Shown here one piece after another: positions 53,268 through 64,000 of a stretch of DNA of 64,000 nucleotides. A program made the translations under genes and the position numbers. The DNA is from the human T2T-CHM13v2.0 reference genome, Homo sapiens. Positions within the stretch are counted from its first letter, which is position 1. Every line of letters starts with the position of its first letter. The stretch lies in the NCBI RefSeq assembly GCF_009914755.1, contig NC_060947.1, one strand, 5' to 3'. The notes beneath the pieces are model-generated. The model had not been told where the DNA came from and made no database searches. It saw only the letters and a program-made list of their open reading frames with translations.

Positions 53268-56200
53268 TGAGGTGGAGCAACATGATGGAATAAAAGCCTA
53301 TACCATTAGTGTCTCCTCAGGAACACCAAATTTTAACAAATATCCGCACACAGAAAAGCACTTTCACAAGAACCAAAAATCAGGTGAGCAATCACAGTAC
53401 CTGGTGAGCAATCACAGTACCACTCCCCCATCCTCTGGCAGCAGCTGTTCAGCATGGAGAGTCTGTGCACCGGGGGAAATAGAGCACAGAGACTGGGGTA
53501 CTTCACATGGAACTCAGTGCTGCCCTGTCATACTGGAGAACAAAGCCGTGCTGGCTCAGTCAACACTCACGCATGGAGGAAGCATTTGGACAAGACCTAG
53601 CCAGAGGAGAATCTCCCATCCCAGTGGTTGGAATTTGAGTTTCTCAGCAAGATTTAGCGATGTGGGCCAAAGGGCTCTGGGGTCCTAGATAAACTTGAAA
53701 GACAGTCTAAGACACAAGGTCTGCAATTCCTAGGCAACTCCTAGTGCTTAGCTTGGCTTACAGCCCATGGTATAGGATGGCATGTGACCTGGGGAATCAC
53801 CAGCTGGTGCAGCTAAGGGAGTATTTGTACCACCTCTCTCCCAACCCAGGCAGTGCAGCTTACAGCAAGGACAGTCTCCTTCCTTCTGCTTGAGGAAAGG
53901 GGAGGGAAAAGTAAAGAGGACTTTGTCTTGCATCTTGGATACCAGCTAAGCACCAGACAGAGTCATGAGGCCCCCATTCCCCCTAGCTCTTGGACAACAT
54001 TTCTAGACATACCCTGGGCCAATAGGGAACCCACTGCCTTGAATAGAAGGATCCAGCCCTGGCAGGATTGATCATCTGTTGACTAAAGAGCCCTTGGCCC
54101 CTGAATAACCAGCAGTGATGCCCAGGTAGTATACTGTGGGCCTCGGGCTCTGAGATGAGCTCACTTCAGGTGTGACCCAGCACATTCCCACCTGTGATGA
54201 ACACAGCAAAAGGCTCCTGTTGAGAAAAGCAGACGGAAAAGCAAAGGGGACTTGGTCTTGCACCTCAGGTACCAGCTTGGCCACAGTGAGGTAGAGCAAC
54301 AAGCAGGCTCTTGGGGTCCCCAGGTCCAGGCCTAGGGTATTTGACAGCATTTCTGGACTTGCCCTGGGCCACATGGAAACCCATTGCCTGGAAGAATGAG
54401 TCTCAGGTCTGGCAGCATTCACCAAAATCTAACCGAACAGCCCTTAGGCTTTAAGTGAACATGGGTGGCCTGGCAGAAACCCTGCGGGCCAGGGGTGGTG
54501 GTAGCCACAGGGAGAGGCTCCTCTGCCTGCAGAAAGGGGAGGGAAGAGCAGGAAGGACTTTGTATCGTGCTTTGAGTGCCATCTTAGCTGCAGTCGAATA
54601 GAACATGAGGCAAATTTCTAAGATTGTTGACTCCAATGCCTGGTTCCCAGACAGCATCTCTCAACCTGCCTGGGACCGGGGGAATGTGCCACTCTGAAGG
54701 GAAGGACGCAAACCTGGCTGGCTTCACCAACTGCTAATTGTAGAGCTCTAGGGCCTTCAGTGAACATAGGTGGTAGCCAAGAAGTGGTTACACCAGGTCT
54801 TGGGCGAGACCTAGTGTTGTGCTGGCTTCAGGTTTGACCTAATGTAGTCCCAGTGGTGGTGGCCACAGGGGTGCTTGTATCACCACACCCCCAGTTCCAG
54901 GTGGCTCAGCACAGACAGAGAGAGAGAGAGACAGAGAGAGGGAGACTCCATCTGTCTGGGAGAAAGTAAGGGAAAAGAACAAGAATCTCTCCCTGGTATT
55001 CTAGAGAATTCTTCCAGATCTTATCCCACAACACTAAGGTGCTACTTCTATGAGTCTATAAAAAAACACAGTGCTATTTCACTTGGGGCCCAAGTCCTTC
55101 TGAATACCTGGAAAACCCTCTGAACAAGGATAAGCATAAACAAGCCCAGACTGCAAACATTACAATAAATAACTAACTCTTTAATGCCCGAACACTGAAG
55201 AACATCTACAAATATCAAGATCATCTAGGAAAACATGTCCTCACCAAATAAACTAAATAAGGCACCAGAGACCAATCCTGGAAAAACATATATGTGACCT
55301 TTCAGACAGATAATTCAAAATAGCTGTTTTGAAGAAACTCAAAGAAATTTAAGATCACACAGAAGAAGGAATTCAGAATTTTATCCGATAAAGTTAACCA
55401 AGAAATTGAAATAACTAAAAAGAATCAAGCACAAATTCTAGAGTTGAAAAATGCAATTGGCATTCTGCAGAATGTATCAGTCTCTTAATAGTAGAATTGT
55501 TCAAGCATAAGAAAGAATTAGCTTGAAGACAGGCTAATTGAAAACACACAGTCAGAGGAGACAAAATAAAAAAACAGTACAAAACAATAAAGATTGCCTC
55601 CAAGATCAAGAAAATAGTCTCAAAAGGGCAAATCTGAAAGTTATTGGCCTTAAAAAGGAGGTACTGAAATACCTCCTTTTTAATAGGAATAGGGATAGGA
55701 ATAGGAATCCTATTCCTAGGATTCCTGAAATAGGAATAGGGAAGTTTATTCAAAGTGATAAAAACAGAGAACTTCCCAAACTTAGAGAAGGATATCAAGA
55801 TTCAAGCACACGAAGGTTATGGAACACCAAGCAGATCTTAAGGCATGTAATAACCAAACTCCCAAAAGTCAAGGATAAAGAAGGGATCCTAAAAGCAGCA
55901 AGAGAAAACAAACAAATAACATACATTGGAGCTCCAACATGTCTTGCAGCAGACTTTTCAATGGAAACCTTATAGGCCAGGAGAGAGTGGCACAACATAT
56001 TTAAAGTGCTGAAGGAAGAAAACTTATACCCTGGAATAGTATATCTGGCAAAAATATCCTTCAAGCATGAAGGAGAAATAAAGACCTTCCCAAACAAACA
56101 AAAACAGAGGGATTTCATCAACTCCAGACCTGTCCTTCAAGAAATGTAAAAGGAGTTATTCAATCTGAAAGAAAAGCATGTTAATGACAAATAAGGAACC

Positions 56201-57907
56201 ATCTGAAGGTAAAAAACTCACTGGTAACAGTAAGCACAGAAAAACACAGAATATTATAACACAGTAATTGTGGTATGTAAACTACTCTTATCTTAAGGAG
56301 AAAGATTAAATGATGAACCAATGAAAAATAATAAGTACAACAACTTTTGAAGACACAGACAGTACAATAAGACATATAGAAAGACAGCAAAAAGCTAAAC
56401 ATCAGGGGGATGACATTATAGTGTTTTTATTAGTTTTCTTTTTGTATGTGTTTTTGTTTGTTTATGGAATCAGTATTAAGTTGCCATCAGTTTAAAATAA
56501 TGGCTTATAAAATACTATCTGCAAGCTTCACAATAACCTCAAATTGAAAAACATACAACAGATACACAAAAAGTAAAAAGCAAAAAATTAAATCATACCA
56601 GCAGAGAAAATCACTTTCACTAAAGGAAAACAAGGAGGAAGGGAAGACCACAAAACAACCAGAAAACAAATAACAAAATGGCAGGAGTAAGTCCTTACTT
56701 ATCAACAATAACATTGAATATAAATAGACTAAACTCTCTAATAAAAAGAGTGGCTGAATACATTTCAAAACGACCCAATGATCTGTTGCCTACAAGAAAC
56801 ACATTTCGCCTATAAAGACACACATAGACTGAAAGAAAATAAAGGGATGGAAAAATATACTACATGCAAATGGAACTAAAAAAGAGCAGGAATAGCTATA
56901 CTTATATCTGACTAAATAAATTTCAAGACAAAAACTGTAAGAAGAGACAAAGAAGATCATTATATAATAAGAAATGTTAATCCAGCAAGAAGATATAATG
57001 ATTGTAAATATATATGCACCTAACACTGGAGCACACAGATATATAAAGCAAATGTTTCTACAGCTAATGAGAGAGATAGACCTCAATACAATAGCTGGAG
57101 ACTTCAAAACCCTACTTTCAGCACTGGAAAGATCTCCCAAACAGAAACTCAACAAAGAAACATCGGACCTAATCTGCACTATAGAAGAACATTGATCTAA
57201 TAAATATTTACAGAGCATTTCATCCAATAGCTGCAGAATACACATTCTTTTCCTCAGCACATGGATCTTTCTCAAGGATAGACCATATGTTAGGTCACAA
57301 AACAAGTCTTGAAACATTAAGAAAAATTGAAATACTATCAAACATATTCTCTGAGGACAATGGAATAAAACTAGAAATAACAGGAGGAATTTTGGAAACA
57401 ATAAGAATACAAGGAAATTAAACAATATGGTCCTGAATTACTCACGGGTCAATGAAGAAATTAAAAGGAAATTTAAAAAATTTGTTGAAACAAATGTCAA
57501 TGGAAACACAACATACCCAAACCTATGGGACATAGTGAAAGCAGTACTAAGAGGAAAATTTATAGGTGTAAGTGCCTACAACAAAACTAAGAAAAACTAC
57601 AATAAATAATGTAATGATGGCCAAGTGTGGTGGCTCGTGCCTGTAATCCCAGCACTTCGGGAGGCCAAGGCGGGTGGATCACGAGGTCAGGAGTTCAAGA
57701 CCAACCTGGCCAAGATAGTGAAAGCCCATCTCTACTAAAAAAAAAGTACAAAAAAATTAGCCAGGCATGGTGGCGGGCACCTGTAATCCCAGCTACTTGG
57801 GAGGCTGAGGCAGGGAATTGCTTGAACCCAAGAGGCAGAGGTTTCAGTGAGCTGAGATCGTGCCACTGCACTCCAGCCTGGGCAACAGAGGGAGATTCCA
57901 TCTCAAA

Positions 57908-57947
<40 letters not shown>

Positions 57948-57968
57948 TAATGATGCATCTTAAAGTAA
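53268..57968 (+). mobile_element. L1M1/L1MA-like LINE: 5'UTR, decayed ORF1 (about 55180-56150), ORF2 endonuclease region; 3' part missing
   Basis: ORF1-like KRANLKVIGL...RHVITKLPKVKDKEGILKAAREN (55538..55975); ORF2-like IVNIYAPNTGAHRYIKQ...GDF (56974..57195) and NTTYPNLWDIVKAVLRGKF (57427..57609). Confidence 0.95.
57619..57940 (+). mobile_element. AluSg-like with (AAT)n tail, inserted in L1 ORF2
   Basis: 14-bp TSD AATAATGTAATGAT at 57605-57618 and 57941-57954. Confidence 0.97.
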
Positions 57969-58654
57969 TCTGAAGAGTCCAGAGGGGAGGCGATACCTGA
58001 GGAATCCTTGAGTAGGAGCTGTACTTCTCCTTGTTCTTCCTTGACCAAATCCTTTGGAGAGCCTGACAGTTGAGACCCCTACCCAAAGAAATTCTCAAGA
58101 GTCCCAAGTAGAATTCAGACCAAGGATGGCATGCCAAGATTCATTCTTCACTCAGAAAAGAGGGGAGACAGCATATCTCTAGTGAATATGGGGTTCTTTA
58201 AGGCCTGACAAGCTGCTCAGAATACTTTCCCATGAAAACAGATATCACTTCCTGTCTGTGCTCTCAATTACTTTTGGATTTATGCAATGTGATCCCATGA
58301 GACTGGGTCCACTCATGGTTACATTATAGCTGGGGAAACCAGCACTGCTTTTTCCCTACTAGAAGAGCCAGCTCAATGAAGAATTTTCATGCAAACAACT
58401 ACACCTAGATTTACTGTCTCAGAGAATTCCTCCACACACCTACCATCCTTACCTCACTATAATCCCCACCAATTTCCTAGAGAAAGGGGAGTTCATGAGC
58501 TAAAACAAATGTGATAGAACTCTCAGAAATATACAGACTATTACAGATATATATAATTTGTGAGGCATGAGTCACAATTCTATTTGTTTTATGATGGGAT
58601 AAAACTCAAATTTTTTTCATCAAAATGAAAAAGAAAAACAATGAAAAATGAAAA

Positions 58655-58988
58655 GATAGAATTATTTGTTGGCTCACACTCCTGTGGGTCAGAAATTTGG
58701 GGTGTACTTAGAAGAGCTGGCTCATCAGTACTGGGACTCTTTCTTGTGGTCATTCATCCTCAAGATGGCTAGCCCAGGCTTCTTCACATAGCAGTGGTAG
58801 GGTTCAGAGCAAGAGTAGAAGCTGCAAGCCCTCTTGAAGAGTAGGGTCAGAACTCATGCCCTATTACTTATGAGATAGTCTACTGATCAAAGAAAGTCAC
58901 AAGACCAGCCCATATTTAAAGGGTAAGGCAATGGACTTCACCTGTTAATGGAAGGAACTAAAAACCTGGCCGCTTCAATCTACCACAG
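58655..58988 (-). mobile_element. Old MaLR LTR (MLT1H-like)
   Basis: ctcacactcctgtgggtcagaaatttggg...gctagcccaggcttcttcacata...aagtcacaagaccagccca...caatctaccaca. Confidence 0.75.
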
Positions 58989-59049
58989 ATACCTGCCCCA
59001 TCATGTCTAAACTTCAGGAATAATAAGCCAAAGCCAGATAAGACAGGAA

Positions 59050-59360
59050 TAAGCTATGTTAAGATATTTGAATTTTACCCTGAGAGAAAGGGGAAATGTT
59101 GGAATGACTTGAGCAGGGAATTGAGATGGTTAAATGTATGTGCTAGAAATATCACATTGACTGAAGTAGAGAATGAATTAGAATGGATTAGAGAAGACTA
59201 GTAGTACTGTTTGGAATGAAGAATGAAGGCAGTAGTACTGTTTGGAATCTTATTATAATGACCCAAGCAAGGTGACTTGACCGAGTATAGTGGCTGTGAG
59301 AATGGAGGAAGATGCACAAATTGGAAAGATATTTAGGAGACAGGAGCCATTAGAATCCTT
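59050..59360 (-). mobile_element. L2 fragment
   Basis: tgttaagatatttgaattttaccctgag...ttgagcagggaa...tagaaatatcacattgactg. Confidence 0.65.
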
Positions 59361-60866
59361 GTGAAGATGGCAGTGAACATAAGTGGGTAAATAAATCAAG
59401 TAGCAATGATGGAAATTAAAATTTTAATTTTTAGTTATAACCTTAGCTTATTTACATTCTGATTTCTTTCAGGTCCTGTACTAATATTTGAACTGTGCAG
59501 ATGGTTTCCTATTATTAAGCAACATTGCCTTTAAAGTTGTTAAATTATGACATTTTTATATTTACATAGTTAACGGGTCACTAATACAGCAGGGTGCATA
59601 AATAAAAATCTTATTCGACAACATGGATAATGTATTTTTCCTGCTTGTTTAGAAGCAGAAGTAGACATGTATTCTGCTGGCTAGCATTTTGAATTAAATA
59701 GAACAACCAGGTCTTCATAATAAGCCCACAAGAACAACTAGCATTCTTCTGGAGTTTTGACTTCTCAATAAGCTAACAATATTCATTGATAAAATTACAT
59801 GTTTCTGGTCTTTTTCATGGCCGTTACAATTTACATTCTGTATCCTGTTAACCTCCTGACAAAGTAGATTTCATTTTCACAACCAATACAATATTGTTCT
59901 ATTCAGGATCGCTAACTTCATCCCTTTTAGTAGTTATGGTATGGTGTTCTCCTGCGTAATGGTTTAGTGTTGATTCTCTTCCTACAAGGTTTTCTGCCAT
60001 GATGTAGTTTCAGGAGATAACACCAGTTTATTACAAAACCATAGCATGGCATTCACTCCCCTCAAGGTCTTTTATTTCCTCTCTTCTGTGCTTTACTTTT
60101 GCCCAAGGGGAAAACATGGATAAAAGCAACAACTTCCACCATGAATTAGATATCTATTGAACAGTCATACCTTCTGTCAGAGCATTTAGTTAAGATATAA
60201 ATCTAAGAACAAGGTGAATACTGTATTTTGTTATGCAGTTGCCATCTAATTTTCACAGACTGTTTCCAAGTCCAAGTAATATTCATTTTATCTTTGTTTT
60301 TATTCACATTTTTTCATTATAAACAGAAAGTAGAGGTTTTAAGATGTTGGTTTCAGAGTGGAAGGAGGTATTGTGAAGCCTATTATCTTCATATATGCGA
60401 ATATGTCAAACACTTTCCTCCATCTGATGTTAAGAAAATAGAAAAGCAATGTCTGTTAAAGTTGAGTAAAGACTAAAGTTTCACCTTCAGACAATAATTT
60501 TATCTCATCCTAAACTTGAAATAAATCTTAGTAATGCCTTCAGTCCCTACAACAAATTAGCTCACATTAGAAAGCTGACGAAATATAGAACAGCTGTGTG
60601 CACATCATTCTGCTTGATTGTACATTTCAGCCCATAATATGAGTAGCCTTGTATGCATACTGAATAATCCATACCCAGAGGGTTAATTGGATGGTTGCTG
60701 ATATATTTATATTGTATTGATTGAGAAAGTTTGAGATGAGTAGCTCCCCAAACTACAGTAATGAAAAACAACCATAATGTTGTACATTGATGATTATTTA
60801 GCTACAAAGGAAAGATTACTTCCTAGACCTGATTTACCATGGTACTAAAATATATGTTTACTTCAG

Positions 60867-60896
60867 ATGGACAAATTGAAGAGCACTAGTTTCAGG
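60867..60896 (+). other. Candidate 30-nt micro-exon (MDKLKSTSFR, phase 0-0)
   Basis: tgtttacttcAG|ATGGAC...TTCAGG|GTAAGG with CTAA branch-like motif about 20 nt upstream; no transcript evidence. Confidence 0.2.
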
Positions 60897-61339
60897 GTAA
60901 GGCTGCAAATGATTTCTTTGAGAATCAGAGAGGAATATTTTCAAATGCAAGTTTGTTTCACAGGTAAACTGATCATTTCTGGGCTGCTATCTAGATCTCA
61001 CTTAACAGGAAGATTTGAAAGCCTATCCAACGTGAGAAGTCCTTTAGCAATGACAGCACACTCATAAAAGCAGGTTGAAAGAGTGACTATTTATAGAAGA
61101 TAGTCATCATACGAAAAAGGTATGATGCTATAGCACCTATAATCATGTTTGGTATATACTAGATGCTTAATAAATATTCATTGACATCAACCAAGCAATC
61201 AATCAGTATCAAAAGATACTGGAAGTTTTTAAATGCCTGATAAATTTGAGGAATCATATACCTGACAACAATTCTATAGGCAAAGCATTGGGTGCTTAAA
61301 GAAAATCCAAATTGAAAATCAATGCAAGGCAGTACTTCA

Positions 61340-61480
61340 TTAGTTAAATAACCTTGGGCAAGTCAAGTAACCTCTCTGTGCTTCTTTTTCCTCATCTGTA
61401 AAACAGAGCTGTTGATACATGAAAGGCACTTAGAATAATACCTGGCACATGTAAAATTAAATAAATACCAATTATTTTAA
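61340..61480 (+). mobile_element. MIR
   Basis: accttgggcaagtcaagtaacctctctgtgcttc...cctcatctgtaaaa. Confidence 0.8.
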
Positions 61481-61524
61481 TGATGCAAAATATTTCATTT
61501 CATTCTAAACTTCTATATTTATTA

Positions 61525-62005
61525 TAGTATAACCAGGAAAATAGAAACAAACCTGAGTACCTAAAACAAAAGGAACTTCATACAGAAATTTGTTACCCAG
61601 GTTATGAAAAATCTTAGAGGCCAACAGGGAATGGTGAAGTAATCAAGAAATCAGCAGAAAGAGAGATTTATTATAGTCCTGGAATTTAAGGCCAAAGAGA
61701 GCAGTAAGTATAACCAGAACAGGAACCCAGGGGTCAGGGCCACCTAGAAGAACCTGTAGCCATGGCCACTTTCTATAAAGGGAACTAGAGTTCCAGAGAC
61801 CAAGAAGGAGAAAGAGAAATACTGACTTCTCCCTCTTGTTCTCCAATATCTTGCTAGTGGCTTCCATTGCTCAAACCCTGTAGGAGCCATCTGACAAAGG
61901 GGCCCTGGAAATGCCACCTGTAGGTGTCAGCCCCTCTCACAATACAGAGCAGAGCAGGGGAAGTGCAAGGAATGGATTTGAGAGCCAATAGACCAAGGAC
62001 TTGTA
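61525..62005 (-). mobile_element. Old ERVL LTR (LTR33-like)
   Basis: caggaaaatagaaac...ttgttacccagg...aacagggaatggtgaagtaatcaagaaatcagca...cagagcagagcagggga. Confidence 0.65.
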
Positions 62006-62210
62006 CCATCCCACACTGTTGTTGCCTTGTATTATTGCTTTACTAGTCTCTGTTTCTAACCAAACTGCAAATTTCTTTGGCAATAGAACCTAGGCATCAT
62101 TGTTTTGTATTCCTAACCCCCATTCTCCTGTCAATACTGTGCTTTGCACATTATAGGTATTTAGTTGTGAGTATTGCTGAAAATTTTTCACATAGGTCTG
62201 AATCACTTGA

Positions 62211-62551
<341 letters not shown>

Positions 62552-62859
62552 ATAATTCTTTTTTTCTCTGTGAGAGCAGAGATATTAATTAATTATGTCC
62601 GCTGTTCTTATGCAAGATATGCCTTTTTACTAAGATGCAAGGATGAATGCATGCTAAAATAGCTGCATTTCTGCACTGATTAAGAATGAGCAATATATGC
62701 AAACTGGTTGCTTGAAGTTCTTTGTTTAGAAATCCTACTTATTTATAGAACTCCCTAATTTACTCATGGAAAAACAGGCCTCTTTACTTATGAACTAAAG
62801 CAAAATAATAATTGTTATGACAACGGTAGAAGGCCAATCTGGTAGCTTTTACACTTGTA

Positions 62860-63061
62860 ACTTTATAACCAACAATAAAAAATACATTTTATATTATGAC
62901 CCAGCACACACACACACACACGTGCACACACACACAATTGAAACAGATATTAGAAAAATGTGTAATATATTCCATTCCATTTTTTTAAATGTTTGTCAAA
63001 CCCATTAAATTGATTTCCCAACCCACCAATGGATTACAACCTACAGTTTGCAAAACACTTG
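62860..63061. mobile_element. hAT-Charlie-type MER end containing a (CA)n tract (62905-62936)
   Basis: aaattgatttcccaacccaccaatggattacaacctacagtttgcaaaacact resembles Charlie termini. Confidence 0.55.
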
Positions 63062-64000
63062 TCTAATAGGATTATACCCTTGGCAGAGGTTGGAAATGCA
63101 TGTCATCATAGGTTCTCAGCCTCTCCCGTGAGAGACGTAATGAAAGAGGTCAGAACACCTCCTCCATCTACAGGTGGAGGCTGAAGAGCCAGGCCTGATA
63201 CAATACCTCCTCTTTTCTGCCCACCATCTACTCCTAGTTGCCAGCTATAAGCAATTTGGGCAAGTAAAGATTCTGTCCTTAAGACAAGGTATAAAACACT
63301 GAAAATAGCATTTAATTATGTCTTAGACATTGTGTTTCTTTGGGTCTGAAACCCTTTAACCAGTCTCTGTGGGTCCTAAAATTTTCTTTTTGTGATTAAC
63401 ACAAGCAAAGCACAGTTTGGTTCAACTGGGGAAGCATTCTTTATTCTGTCAGATCTTGAAACAAAAACTAAAGGGACTAACTAAAAATCCTTGTGAAAAA
63501 TAAACTCAATACAATTTGGAAATATGTTGTTATTGAAAAACAAGAAGACTTCTATTATGGTAAAAACAAGAGCTCTTCCCTTTGAGTATCATCTCAGAAT
63601 TTCTGGTGGTTCAAAAAAACAACATTTTTAAGAAGTTCTGTTTTCTCACAAACTTCAGGATTTCTATCAAGCTGTCTGAAAACAAAATATTTTTGTTACT
63701 TAAACACAGCTGGCAGATTTGAGAGTGTTATACACAATTGGCCATATGTCAAAATATACATAGAGCATAATGCGCTTTATATGGCTTTAAAATAAGATAA
63801 TTAATTAAATGAAGAATATAGCACTATTCAGGAAAGTGAATGTAATATTTTGAAAACTTACACATGAATTCTCAGGCAAGTTTGTTAATAGATTTTTAGT
63901 GCTAGAGTGAAATTACCCACTCTTCCTTGCCATCCCAGTCCACATAATAAATATAGTCATTCTAACCACAGTGTTGGGATGATATACAATTCACAGTAGA

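Noticed and set aside
56790-57425. Longest ORF in the track (211 aa, minus strand, hydrophobic)
   Set aside because: Antisense frame of A-rich L1 ORF2; composition explains its length and hydrophobicity.

Overview
AT-rich primate (human-like) genomic DNA, intergenic or deep intronic. I cannot identify the locus and found no confidently recognisable protein-coding gene, tRNA, rRNA or CRISPR array. Roughly half is interspersed repeat: L1 (L1PA15-17-like 3' end, two L1M1/L1MA copies, old L1M/L1ME pieces), 11 Alus (most with visible target-site duplications), MaLR/ERVL LTRs, an ERV9 LTR12F solo LTR nested inside an Alu, Tigger2a and hAT-type DNA transposons, and many L2/MIR remnants. Nearly all supplied ORFs are repeat-derived or chance. 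The most interesting non-repeat signals are: (i) an 8.7-11.5 kb block with an exact 26-bp duplicate and a duplicated two-module unit, together giving six copies of a TAATT..GC(C)TAA.TG(A/G)CA composite motif in both orientations; (ii) a minus-strand exon with strong splice sites encoding a signal-peptide-like 22-mer (25.9 kb); (iii) an internally deleted L1MA joining its 5'UTR directly to its 3' tail; (iv) a multi-hairpin templated-insertion scar in L1 ORF1. Subfamily names are from remembered consensus sequences, and boundaries of old repeats are approximate.
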